DNA of 64,000 nucleotides from Eledone cirrhosa (Eukaryota): NCBI GenBank assembly GCA_964016885.1, contig OZ024742.1, positions 21,886,001 to 21,950,000 of the forward strand, read 5' to 3'. Shown piece by piece: positions 24,993 to 37,699 of this stretch (position 1 is its first letter; each line of letters starts with the position of its first letter). The notes under the pieces were generated by a model. It saw only the letters and a program-made list of their open reading frames with translations, ran no database searches and was not told where the DNA came from. The position numbers and the translations under genes were made by a program.

Positions 24993-27542
24993 AAGATCGA
25001 AAGTACAGCGAAAAATTCACATTTATATATAAGTTTGAATCCGTCTCAAATTTAGATATTATAGTGCAGTAAGTATATTTAAAAGAAATATATGCTATAT
25101 TATACTATAAATAATAGATCAAAAAGTCATTAAACATTTGGAGTTATAGATAAGTTTCATAAAAAATTTTGGATTGGGTATTAAAACTAAAATTTAAAAG
25201 AGATTACAAATGTATTAAAAATTCACAGTTAAATAAATTCAATAGATATGTAAAGATTAGGTATTGTACTAAATTATAGATAAATGAAGGTGTTGATCAA
25301 AGTTAACAAATAAAGTTGTGTGTATCAATGTTTAGGCATGCTAATTGAAATATTGTCATTCATTCTAACGTTGTTTTTTCTATAGATATTTATAAAATAA
25401 AGCAATATTAAAGGCCATTGATGGTTTTTACTGTTGATTATATATTCCTGGTAACCGAGTTGTTATTGGTTCTTTCTTTCTCATTTTATGTGAGACTAAA
25501 AAAGTGGACATAGCTTTATGGAGGCAATTAGAGAATAATTCACTTTTTTTGTTCATTAAGCTCGCATAAATATTAATAATCAACAGGGTCTCCATTGTAC
25601 AGAGCGGGCAGTTATTTGATATACTAGAGTTGCGGTAAATTCCACAGTCGCGAAGTTTTTTCCAAAGAATGGAGTATTCCAGATTCTTCTCTTTTAAAGA
25701 CCATATGAGCTGTGATAAAGACGTGGATGATTTCTTCTTAGAGTTCGAGAATGAGCATTTATGGTTCGCGAAACGAAGTTTGAATGTGGACGAGGTTGAT
25801 CCAATGTAATTGTATGTTTTATGGTCAGTTTTTATGGTGCATTTATAAACCAAATTACTATCTAAACAATTATTTTGCAAAGGACAATTACTTTTATTTC
25901 TACAATTACAATTTGGTTTAGTATCATTAATGTTAACTCTATTATTATGATCATTATGTTGGTTTGGTTTTAGGATTTTGGCGTTTAATTTGGCGATATT
26001 TTGGGCCATGTTACTGGTTGTAGAATTTGCGAATTTAATGGTATGTCTATTAAAAATGGAATGGTATTTATGTTGAGTAGGGAAAGAGGTGTCAAGAGCT
26101 TTAAAGAATAGTTTTGCAATTAGTGTTTTAACTGCGACCAAAGCTGGGGGTGCAAACCATATGACAGGTTTAGATCTAGTTCGTATTCTCGATTTATTTA
26201 GCGTATGTGTGTTTGAGTTATAGTTATTAGAGTTACTCTTATATGTGTTATAATTTTTATTATTATTATTAGGAATAATACTTGGATCTACATATTCTAT
26301 ATTATTCATATATCCTGCTCTTTTTAACGCGTTGTTGTAATATTCCACATTTTTATCAAATATATCTTTATTAGCTGATATTTTATTAATACATTTTTGC
26401 ACACTATTTACTATAGCTTTTTTTACAGATCTAGGGTGATTTGAATAGTTACTAACATAGTTTAAGTTTTCATTGGGCCTATGAAAAGGATAATAGAAGC
26501 CAGTGTTTAAGTTAAAGGTAACGTCAAGCAAATTCACTATTTTGGTACCATTTTCTACTTCTAATTTAAGGTCGTGCGTTTTAAAGAATTCTATTATACT
26601 TTTCTTAACTCTATTTAATTCTATATTATTGTGTTTGACCACCGTAAATAAAATGTCATCTCTATATAAACCACCGGTAATCTCCGGCAGTTTTCTATTT
26701 ATCATGTTTTATATGAAAATTCCCAGAAGATCTGTGATTTGCGCGGAATCAGATGCCCCCATAGTGATATCAAAGTTTCTATCTCTATCTGAGCGTGTCC
26801 AAGGTTCGTTATTGAAGTTAATGAGAGTTATTCTGGCTGTTAAAATTATATCAATTTCATTTGTGGTTATATTGGTATGCTTATAAGCATATGAGAGGGC
26901 CTTATTTAGAAGTTTAGGTGTTATAGAAGAATAGTAGCTAGTAATATCCATCTGGATGAATTTATAGTTTTTCTTATCTTCAATGTTCTTGTACCATTCA
27001 ATGACCTCGTCTGTATCTTTCCATAAGCTCAAACTAGATCTCAATTTAAGAGTGGGTAATATTCTATCTATGATGTTTTTACTGATTACTCCTATATCCG
27101 ATTTCGATGGAGCAATCAGTCTAACTGGCATTTCTTCCTTAAAGTTTCTTTTATGATCCTTCAGGTTAATCCTCGGCTGTCTAGGTAAGAATAGCTCACT
27201 TCTTCCTTGTATTCCTAGATTGGTAATTAAATTATAAGCTTCTTCATTAATTTCAGTATTTTCGGGCCTTTTTTGTAATTTTTCATAAGTTCTTTCAGGA
27301 TCAGGTCGTTATATTCATCTTTGCTTATACCATATAAATTATTAGTTTTGTCAGATTTAACCAATACTTTGTTAACATTTTTTATTTCAGTGATTTTATC
27401 TAATAGAGATCTAAGGTATTGGTGACATAATACTTACATTTTAATATTAATAACTCCTGAAAATTATTTTTCCGTTGAGTGCTTCCAATCTACCGTAAAA
27501 CTCATTCTTTGACATAATCATCGAATATTGTTTAACAACTTA

Positions 27543-27582
<40 letters not shown>

Positions 27583-27585
<3 letters not shown>

Positions 27586-27641
27586 AAAATGTATGACCCC
27601 GACGGCAGAGCTCAAGCCGTTTCGACAGCTATTTCTGGACC
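27583..27641 (+). mobile_element. Family P left arm only, fused to tRNA
   Basis: aggaaaatgtatgaccccgacggcagagctcaagccgtttcgacagctatttctggac ends at palindrome centre. Confidence 0.75.
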
Positions 27642-27713
27642 GGTTCTATGGTGTAATGGTTAGCACTCTGGATTTTGAATCCACCAATCCGAGTTCATAT
27701 CTCGGTAGAACTT
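27642..27713 (+). tRNA. tRNA-Gln(TTG)-like gene, probably a pseudogene
   Basis: GGTTCTATGGTGTAATGGTTAGCACTCTGGATTTTGAATCC...GAGTTCATATCTCGGTAGAACTT; anticodon TTG 27675-27677; anticodon-stem mismatch and T-loop change. Confidence 0.75.
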
Positions 27714-27809
27714 AATAACTTATGGTTTTAGAAGTTTTAAATATTTATTTATTTACGAAAGTTATTATTTCGAAAAATATATACGATAAAACTTCTGGGT
27801 GGTCTTTAC

Positions 27810-27981
<172 letters not shown>

Positions 27982-27988
27982 ATATATA

Positions 27989-28022
<34 letters not shown>

Positions 28023-28029
<7 letters not shown>

Positions 28030-28797
28030 GACGTAAAATAAGAAAATTATAAAAATTAACTTACTTACTAAAATTTCACTCCAACTAATTACTTTCTGAA
28101 AGGGAATAAACATAGTTTCCGAAGAAACGTACGGAGAAGCCTTTCGTCATCAGGGAAGTCTATTCTCAGCTAAGTTTCCAGGCAATGCGTGGACACAGGA
28201 ACTTATACAAAAATAATTCAGTGGATGGAAAAAAGCAAAACGTGGACTAAGTTCCAAGCCATTGAAAAAATCACTGCCTACTCGGTCGGTGGCAAATTCA
28301 AAAGAATCAATCACGTGACATCGAGGTTAATCAGTGAGGAGTGTTTTGTTAAGAAGACAGCAGTCGAACCGTTACTATGAACTATAGTAGCAGTTTTGGC
28401 CAATTTTTGCTCGACAAAATAATTTGGAGATAATTATAAAGAATTAGTATATCTACTAACATATATATACAGATGCATACCTATGCCAGCAAATATATAG
28501 GTTTTGTCTTAGTGTGTCCACGCATTGCCTGGAAACGTAGCTGAGAATAGACTTCCCTGATGACGAAAGGCTTCTCCGTACGTTTCTTCGGAAACTATGT
28601 TTATTCCCTTTCAGAAACTAATTAGTTGGAGTGAAATTTTAGTAAGTAAGTTAATTTTTATAATTTTCTTTTTTTACGTCTTTCATATTATTGTTCTGCA
28701 TCTCCATGCATTGAACCACAAAGTTACTAAGACAAAACCTATATATTTGCTGGCATAGGTATGCATCTGTATATATATGTTAGTAGATATACTAATT

Positions 28798-28805
<8 letters not shown>
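28023..28805. mobile_element. Nested double fold-back insert in (TA)n with hammerhead-like core
   Basis: 28023-28196 inverts 28514-28688; 28434-28513 inverts 28726-28805; CTGATGA-CGAA...TTCG-GAAAC-TAT-GTT at 28557-28601. Confidence 0.7.
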
Positions 28806-28831
<26 letters not shown>

Positions 28832-29407
28832 GTGAAGAATAACATGGTTGACAGTACAAACAAGGATATTTATTTACAGTCTCACAATTGTTTCCATGAT
28901 AGAGTTGTTTATAAAGTGCTAAATACTGGAGACAATATAACTCAATTTGTATCAAATATATGCGTAACGGTAAACTTAAAAATTCAAATTACTACATCAA
29001 TAATAGTATTAATGATAAATAAATAAAGGAAGGGGGACAGATGGAAATGAGAGAGAAAGAAAGAAAATGACGAAAGACGGAACGAACATATAGTTAAATG
29101 TATAATCGTTAAAGTTACGAAATCAAACTATCACATCAAAATAAATATAATATTAATAATAATAAAGATATATATTGAAAGAGAGAAGAGGGGATATAGC
29201 ATAGGCAAAGAGGAAGGATAAGTAAGGAAGATGAGAAAGAAATAGAGGATGATTAAGAGGGATGAGGAAGCAGAGGGGGATAGAAATTAATCATAATATA
29301 TAATATATATATATATAGAATATATAGAAATTAATCATTATATATATATATATATTAAATTAAATAAAATAAATAAGTCAAATGTTTAAAATTTGGCTTC
29401 GTTTATT

Positions 29408-29462
29408 ACTGCTATATATATTTCGGTGACAGCCATCTTTGTCTGTGACCTCTTCAGGCAGT
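29408..29462 (-). ncRNA. Type I hammerhead ribozyme with palindromic minimal stem III
   Basis: ACTGC-CTGAAGA-GGTCACAG...CTGTCACC-GAAA-T-ATAT-A-TA-GCAGT then AATAAA. Confidence 0.78.
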
Positions 29463-30599
29463 CCGAATTAGTGTGGTAGAGACGAGTACACATGTGGTTG
29501 AGGTGTATAACTTTGTCAATACTCTGATATGCACAGTTCCTGGTTGGGTTGTTATTTCACTGAGAAACTGGAATCATATGAATTTAAACAAACGAATTTC
29601 AGCATCAAAGGGCCTCTTCTCCTCTCATTGGTCAGTTGTTAGAACATTCCTTAGTCAAAAGTCTATAGAAATTCGTTTTGAGGCAAGCCAATCTGTAATT
29701 GTTGTTCTTGTTGTTGTTAGGTACATCTGACCTCTATTCTTATGTTGGTAGTGGTGTTATTGTTGGAGTCAGCTCAAAAAAGTGATAAAGTGGTAGAAGG
29801 AGTAAGATGGTAAAGGAACAAAATAAAATAAAATAATCGAATAAAATGTGTGTGTGTGTTATACCCATCTCAATGTTATAATGATTTGTAAGGTCTAACT
29901 TCCCATTGGTCAGTTTTGAGAGCATTCCTGAGTCCAAAGTCTATAGAAATTTTTTCTGGGGTGAGGCTCCCTGTAGTGTTTGTGTTTGCCATTGTTAAGT
30001 ACATCTGACCTCTACCCTTATTTTGGTAGTGTTGTTGATGTTGTGGTCAGCTTATGTCTTGCTGCTGCTGACAATTTAGAAGTATCTGTGTGTGTGTTTC
30101 TTCATCCCTCCTGCCACCATCTTCCGTGGTGTGGGGGGGGGGGGGCTCTGCCATGTATATGAAGAAATAGAAGGCAATAAAATGAAGAAAACAGAATAAA
30201 TAATAAATGGAGAATAAATGAAAAATTAATGGAAAATTAATGAAAAAGTAATGAAAAAGTAATGAAAAATGAATATGAAAATGAAAAATGAAAATGAAAA
30301 GTGAAAAATAAAAATGAAGATTCAAATAAAATAAGATAAAATGTGTGTGTGCTATAACCAATCTCAGGGTCAGAAATATGTTGGATAGAGTGGTAGGAGG
30401 AACAAGATGGTAAAAGAATAAAAGAATAAAACGAAATAGGATAATCAAATAAAATGTGTGTGTGTTATAACCAATCTCAACTTAAATGTAAATATAAGGC
30501 GATAAAGTGAAGAAAACAGAAAACAAATAACAAATGAATAATGAGAAATCAAAAATGAAAAATCAAAAATCAAGTAAATTAAAATGTGTGTGTGTTATA

Positions 30600-30710
30600 A
30601 AGATGTTGGCCAAATTATAAAAGCTGTGTTCAATGTTCATTGTACTTTGTTTCGTGTGGGGAGACCACAGTGGACAACAGTATTCAAGGTGGGGTGGAGC
30701 ACAAGTGACA
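30600..30710 (-). mobile_element. Short CR1/L2-group LINE RT-tail fragment
   Basis: Encodes PPHLEYCCPLWSPH, typical of the post-RT region of these LINEs. Confidence 0.5.
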
Positions 30711-30732
30711 TAGAAATATATATCAGTGTGTG

Positions 30733-30774
<42 letters not shown>

Positions 30775-31996
30775 TATATATATATACATTTATATATATA
30801 TGTGTGTGTGTGTGTATCTCAGTGTGTGTCGCCATATCTCATATATTTTATATATATTCTCCATATTCATTAAATCGTTCTCTCTCACACTTTCTTTGAC
30901 ATAGACGAAAAACCAATCAATAAATCAATCAATCTGTCTGTCACTCAATCTGTTTCAATGACTTCATCGATATTTCATTTTTATAGGTTTGTTATCAGAG
31001 TAGTAGCTTGTAATGTCATTAACCTTTTCAGTACTTCCCTCTATTTAGGTATAATGCTCACTGTTTAAATTCCACCTTTCTGTGTTGACCTCTCTATCTA
31101 TAAAGTAGCACGTGGAATCAGATAGAATTCATAAGTGTACAGTTGAATTAATGGTTATTTTTCACAGTAGCTTGAGCATAGAACTGTCTTGCAGGATTTG
31201 GTCCTGCTACTACGGTTCTGTATTTAAACTTCACTGTGGCCTGATCTATAATATAGTTAATCTAGCATCTCACAACTAACTGTAATGACTTTATCACAGC
31301 TCACTTTCTTGTAAGTATTCTGATGAGATCTGCTTAGAAATATCTTCCTTCATCTCTCCCTTCAACCATTCTAAGAAGACTTTAGCAGAGTTATATATAC
31401 TGTCCTTCCTTCTCCGACTAAACCGAAACAAAAAGAGATATTTGAAATTGAGGCTGTTGAAAAACAATACTAATGGTTTCTGATTTAGGCACACAGGCCA
31501 ACAATTTTGAAGAAGGGCAAAGTCGAGTATATCGACCTCAGTGCGTTCCTAGTCCATTATTTTATCGACCCCGCATGGATAAAAGGCAAATCTAACCTCG
31601 GTAGGATTTGAACTCTGATTGTATAGGGTCGTAACTCTCTGCCATAAAGCATGAAGCCCGATGTTCCCCCGATACTGCTAATACACCGTAACTTAATATT
31701 AATGATACAAAAATTAATTGTTTTATAATTATAGTAGAAAATATTCCCGTTTTATCCTTTCCGCCATTCGATCTCAAGTAACCATATTTTCAAACTTCAA
31801 TATTTTAAAATGGAACTCAGTTGTGAAAGGGTACTTAAATCATTTAGACTTGTGTAAACAAACATGAAGTAAACACCTGTTTCTAGCTGCACAAATTCCA
31901 ATATTTAATGGCGAAACATAAACTACAAATTGAGCTTTAATATAACAGCTTTTCTATATCACACGGGAATCTGTAAACCTCATAGCAAAAATACAT

Positions 31997-32003
31997 TATA
32001 AAT
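31997..32003 (+). promoter_or_regulatory. TATA box of protease gene C
   Basis: TATAAAT ~60 nt upstream of ATG 32066. Confidence 0.5.
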
Positions 32004-32065
32004 GCATGTTCATTCTTCAAGCAGTTTGTAGTTGCAGACCAGTTGCCAATTGCACAAGCTACAAT

Positions 32066-32108
32066 ATGAAATTTGCATTAACTCTCTTCTTTCTTGCTTT
32101 GCTAAACT
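32066..32108 (+). CDS. Protease gene C exon 1 (signal peptide)
   Basis: MKFALTLFFLALLN+T then gtgagt, phase 1. Confidence 0.75.
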
Positions 32109-32946
32109 GTGAGTTATTGTTTTCGTTTTCTTTCAGGTTTTCTACTGAAATGATACCACAACCAGAGGCGAACCTGATTATGACAATATGTTTGGTTAAA
32201 GAAATAAGCCTACATATTTCAGTGACAGGGTTATTACAGTGAGCCTCTTTGTAGTAATCCAGGCTACGATAGTGTTGGGATTATTGTAGAGATCCAGCCC
32301 CAGGTTATTGTAAGGATCCAGGTTATTGCAGTGAAACTCTTTGTTTTGGCTACCATCCTATTCTGCCAGATTCTCCCATTGACTCAATGTCACACATGTT
32401 AACAGGTTCCTGTTTTGTGGTAAATACCTTCCAGGAAATATAGATATCTAATGTCCAATCACTCATTCAAAATTCTCTTCATATTAAGTATTAAGTCAAA
32501 TATAAATCCAAGTGTGGTATTCCACTTCCTTTGCACATCACCGACATTAAAAACGAAGTCCTTGAAAACCAACGTAGGTTACAATTTAATTAATTATCTC
32601 ATTTCCTGATATCCTTGGGAAGAAGTTTCATTTACCATAGTCTCGGGTCGATCCATGACTTCTGAGAGAAATTGGGTAGATGATGGAAGCCCGTCGATTT
32701 GGCTGTATCTGTAATTGAAACAGTCATCGTTTTCACACAACGTGTCACGCTAAATCTCCCTGAGATTTATGTTAATGGTACATGTGTCTGTAGATCAAGT
32801 TCATGATTAACCTGTTCTCTTGATCAAACAACTGGAACATTCATCATTGAAATCGACGGAGGTCTATCTCAAATTCAATATTGTAAACTCGATACCAACT
32901 CAAATGCTTCATGTTTGATAATACTAATGCTGATATCTTTAATTAG

Positions 32947-33172
32947 GTGGTGTCCTGGACTGTCTTTGCACATATCTAGATAGTGGAGACTATCATCCCG
33001 ATAATGACCACCATCTAAAACACAATAAACATCATATCATAGGAGGTACGTATGCTGCGTTATGCGAATTCCCGTGGATGGTATCATTAATAATAACAAC
33101 AGCAAAAGGTGATTTCTTATGTGGCGGATCGATAATTGATAATCAACATATTTTAACTGCTGCTCATTGTGT
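32947..33172 (+). CDS. Protease gene C exon 2 (His-rich propeptide, IIGG, catalytic His); alternative in-frame acceptor at 32980
   Basis: ...DSGDYHPDNDHHLKHNKHH-IIGGTYAALCEFPWMVSL...FLCGGSIIDNQHILTAAHCV then gtaagt. Confidence 0.88.
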
Positions 33173-33852
33173 GTAAGTATAACTCCTTTTCATAATATTC
33201 CAAACTAGGAAATTATCTTTTATAATCTAAGAAACCGAGTCAGTTAAGACATCTATCGTTTATAAACATCCAAGCGATAACAGTTAGGAAAGGAACGCAA
33301 TACAGTTGCATGTATGATGGACACTCAATATTATTTTTAACAATATATGATTAATACATATAATATCGATTAGGAGGTGTGGGTGGGACACCCCTGAATG
33401 GTTAAAAATTAGAATATCACCCTGCTGTCATTAGATCCCGGGATTGATCCCATTAGATGACCTTTGAGCAGGTGTTAATTACCATAGCCTCGCGCTGATC
33501 CAGGCTTGTAAGTGAAATTCAGTAGAAGCATATTATTTGGGAGTCTGTAGGAAGTCTGTAATTCAAATTGCCAACCTTGCTTCTCCCTGTGCCACGCTGA
33601 ATCTTCCTGGGAATTACATTAAGTGTACACGTGTCTATGGAATCTTCAATCAAAACACATTAATTATAAGGCAACTGGACACTGATCACTGAAACCGACA
33701 GAGCTTCATTCCAGATTAAGAAGATGAAGAATACAGTCTACTGTAGTTGGCATTCCTCGCCCTTCGTTATTTCTAATATTATCAGTCATACATCGTGGGA
33801 AAGCCTAAGATTCCCATAATTGTTTATTTTTAATGTTATCACAGTCATACAT

Positions 33853-33887
<35 letters not shown>

Positions 33888-34068
33888 GACGATTCAATTT
33901 GGATTGCCTCGGAAACGTAAACTTACTATGTAAGAAGCTGTCTGATGATGTCACGGCACTAGGTACACCGAACAGTGTGGCCACTGTCATCATTGAAATA
34001 TGTATCACAGCATTATCATTAAAGGACTTTAACATCTGAAACTACTTCGCATTTTCTTTTTCTCTCTC

Positions 34069-34207
<139 letters not shown>

Positions 34208-34246
34208 TTTGCGTATACATGACAGAATTTATACTTTTGTTTGCAG

Positions 34247-34307
34247 GAAAGGAGGCATTAGTGTGTATGTATCTGCAGGAGGAAATAACCGCCATAATAT
34301 GAAGTTG
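34247..34307 (+). CDS. Protease gene C exon 3, 5' part only (3' half and donor not found)
   Basis: ttgcAG then KGGISVYVSAGGNNRHNMK, matching gene D NGVDKILVSAGSSNRRSM; similarity ends abruptly. Confidence 0.6.
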
Positions 34308-36107
34308 ACAATGGTTTTCTTCTTTTTCTATTTCTCATTTTATATTGTTGGCCGTGATCCAAACTTTAAATAACTTCAGCGAGTATTACAACTGAGTAGA
34401 AGCTCTCATTGTTGTCATATACCGTACAGGATATAGCAGCTAACGCTTCCTCATTTCACCACACTACCATCTTATATAAGAAGGATATTGTAAAGAATGT
34501 GAACTCTGATCTAGAGAAAATGACTGCTTGGTCACGGCTGGAACGCCTGTAATTATCGATCGAACCGATGGACACGATCTCAGACTTCATTCTCTTATCG
34601 AGTGTGGAGTGGAACTCGTCAAATCGGACCAAAGAAACAATGTTTGGTCTTTCCATTGCTGATACTGTCTACCGGTCGCAACTCATGGCAGAAAGAGCAG
34701 CGTGAAATAAAGTGTCTTGCTCAAGGACATAATACATCACCCAGTTCGGTAAACTAACGGTTGCGAATCCACCTCCCTGCCCACTGAATCATGCGCTTTC
34801 ACTTTATAAGTTTCCTCGATTAAGGTTGGTCTGTCTTACACAAAGTCAATAATTCGCCTCACTTTCATATTCCCCTTTAAGAACAAATTTAGTTACATAA
34901 ATTTCAATATTACAATAAGATCAAGGATTCGCAGAATTGAGAGAGGGTTGGATAAAAGGCCAATGTGATATGTTTTCTAGCTTTTTACATTGTGAGTTCA
35001 AATCTCACTAAAGTCAACTTTGCTGTTCATAGATCCGAGGGACGATAAAATACAATAGCACTCAAGTACTGAGTTTGATTTAATCAACTTTCCCTCCTCT
35101 AAATTAATGGTTTTGTGTCTAAATTAGAAACTATTATTTCAGGGTAGTATACTGGTAATGTTGGTAAAGTGACATTCTGTTATTTGTTCTGGACCATTCT
35201 GTTATTGGTTTCAGACGGAGCAACATGAAATAAAGTGTCTTGCTCAAGGAGATAACGCATCGCCCGGTTCTGGATTCGAACTCACAACCTCGCGACGGGG
35301 AATCCAATCCCTAACCACTAAGCCAGGCACCTTCATGCCTGTGTTATACAGCCGATATTTTCGAAGAAGTGCGTTCCAATTGATTCAAACAACAGAACAG
35401 TCTGCTTGTGGAATTATCGTGCATATGCCGGAGTATTCTAGTAAAACTTGTACCCTTAACGTAATTCTCAGGAAGAACCTGGCCATTTGAATTACAGGTA
35501 CATTGCAATGTTTCCAACAGAGTAAACTGGAGCAACGTTAAATAAAGTCCCGTGCGTTCAAGGACACAACGTGTACCCTGTAATCTAACTCACTAATTTA
35601 CATAGTGAGTGAAACACACTAACCATTTAGCTATGCGTCTACACAGTTCTGTTTGTAAGATTCATTTTATTTCCCCTTTTCTACAACCTTCCAACCATAG
35701 AATAGTTTAATTCTTCTCATTTAAGTGTTGAAGTAATTATTTATTGTCCAATGCAAAACAGAAGGTGAAAGTTTGAATCTACTTAAAGTTTAGTATGCAC
35801 CAACTCGTTTTAAATATATAACCTTGTGTCTCGTTCAGAAATACTAATCTTATCTGTCATTTTCGTCTCCGAATTTTAACTTTAATTTCTTCACTGCCAA
35901 TTCAATGAATCTAATTAATTTATATGGTATTTGTTGAGATACCCTGAGCAGCTTTCTTAAATTTAATAATACCCCCCACAAAATCTTTCTTCGCTTCTTA
36001 CTACTAGCTTTATATTCATCCATATGTATGTATATTATGTATGCATGAATATATGCATGTACGCATATATGAATGTAAGTATGGTATGCGTGTATGCATA
36101 CCATACT

Positions 36108-36138
<31 letters not shown>

Positions 36139-36179
36139 CATAATGTGCCAGCTTCAGTATTTGGTAATCATAAGAAGAG

Positions 36180-36603
36180 AGGTAGGTGTAAAAGCCAAAC
36201 TCCCAATCTTCAATTCAGTGTTCGTACCAATCCTTACCTAAGGTCATGAATCTTGGATAATAACCGATAAAATACAATGAGCGGCCGAAATGAGGTTCCT
36301 CCAAAGAGGCTTTGGTGTAACTGTTCTTGATAGAGTGCGTAGCCCAGAGATTAGAAAGTCGCTCCATGTGGGACCGCTACTTCTTCAAATTGAAAGATAC
36401 TATGGGCATGTGGTTAAGATGTCTATGGATGTACCGATTTTACGAGCAAAACCAGCCAGCAAGAGCCCCATGTATAAAACGTGAAAGATGTTTGGATGCC
36501 ATCCCTGAACTCGGTTGGTCACGCTTTGGGATACAGCTGGATCAGTTTGATAGGGTTGCTTCTGACAGGACCCACTGGAAGGAGTGTTTAAGGACTCTTC
36601 CTC
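36180..36603 (+). mobile_element. RTE-clade LINE 3' fragment
   Basis: AEMRFL..VTVLDRVRS.EIR...YGHVVKM...VASDRTHWKECLRTLP. Confidence 0.7.
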
Positions 36604-36822
36604 ATTATATGTTATCGTGTTAAACTTCCTGTTTATATATCCTGTCTAATCAATCCTTATACACCCAGTTACTGGACTGTTATATCACATCTATCAAATG
36701 GATTTGAATCTATTTCGTTGTATCGAATGTAATGTACCAACAAAATGACTCAACAAGATTTAATGACCAACTGGTTCATCAGAATTGTTAATGAGGGTAC
36801 ATCATTCTTTTTCTCTTTATAG

Positions 36823-36954
36823 AAAATGACCTCGCTGTTCTTACTTTACCAAAGGCACTAACTTTCAGTGAATGTATTCAGCCCATAGGAATAGCTCAAG
36901 GTGGTAGTGAATTTTATAGTAGTTGCATCATTGCTGGTTGGGGAGAAACTGCTG
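36823..36954 (+). CDS. Protease gene C exon 4 (catalytic Asp)
   Basis: tatAG | NDLAVLTLPKALTFSECIQPIGIAQGGSEFYSSCIIAGWGETA | gtaagt. Confidence 0.9.
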
Positions 36955-37067
36955 GTAAGTATGTTATTTTTATAATTATTTACGAAAGTGGTGTGCTATA
37001 CCTTACCCCACAATTTTCAGAACGGGAGACGCACTCTACATCTTCCTATTTGTTTTCCATTATTCAG

Positions 37068-37256
37068 GGCGGTGGATTGGCAGTATCGGTAGAGGGTCGG
37101 ACGCCGTGCTTTGACGCATAGAGCTGCGGCCCTTGCCATTCTGAGTTCAAATCCTGCCGAGGTTAACTTTGCCTTTCATCTTTACGGGGTTGATAAAATA
37201 AAGTACCAGTAATACACTGGGTAATTGCTGGTCTTGTGCCAAAAGTGGAAACAATT
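37068..37256 (+). mobile_element. SINE family S
   Basis: Full-length match to 15578-15764. Confidence 0.85.
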
Positions 37257-37699
37257 ATTCTAGTATAAAACCATATAATGCCAGTCATATACTAGAGTCG
37301 GTAAAACTAACGATAGATCGGCCTTAAATGTTGTTTTCTGATGTTTTCTGTTGTTTTCTGCATATGCAAGAAAAAGGTGCGTGGCCTAGTGGTAAGTGTG
37401 TTGGACCTGCTATCATAACATCGTGGTTTTGATTCAAAACAATGCAGTTCACATTGCTCCAGTATATATCAGCTCAAAATGAGTAGCAGCAGTAGCTGGT
37501 GGTTTTAACCTGTGATGGACTGGCGTCCTGCCCAATGAGGGGTCTGGAACTCTCAGTCGCTTAACGCCACAGAAACTGGGATATGTCTTCGGCCTGGTGA
37601 GCCTTAGAGCTCGTGACAGACGTTTCACGTGTTTGGAATATTATTTTGACGGTAATATGGTACAACCTCAAAGAAATTGCTTTGCGATATTTAACTCTA

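Larger units (their letters stand above)
23640..27545 (-). mobile_element. Penelope-like element, Neptune-type (RT + Cys-rich linker + GIY-YIG endonuclease), decayed
   Basis: SDKT, LKDHKRNF..MPVRLI, MDITSYY, TMGAS, YRDD, CNCRNKSNCPLQNNC, VYKC...YIGST...RFANHK, CPLC...NKKSEL...CLHK; in-frame TAA 26709-26711; HHR in 3' region; boundaries approximate. Confidence 0.88.

Noticed and set aside
31320-31350. CTGATGA...GAAA motif
   Set aside because: No pairing for stems I, II or III
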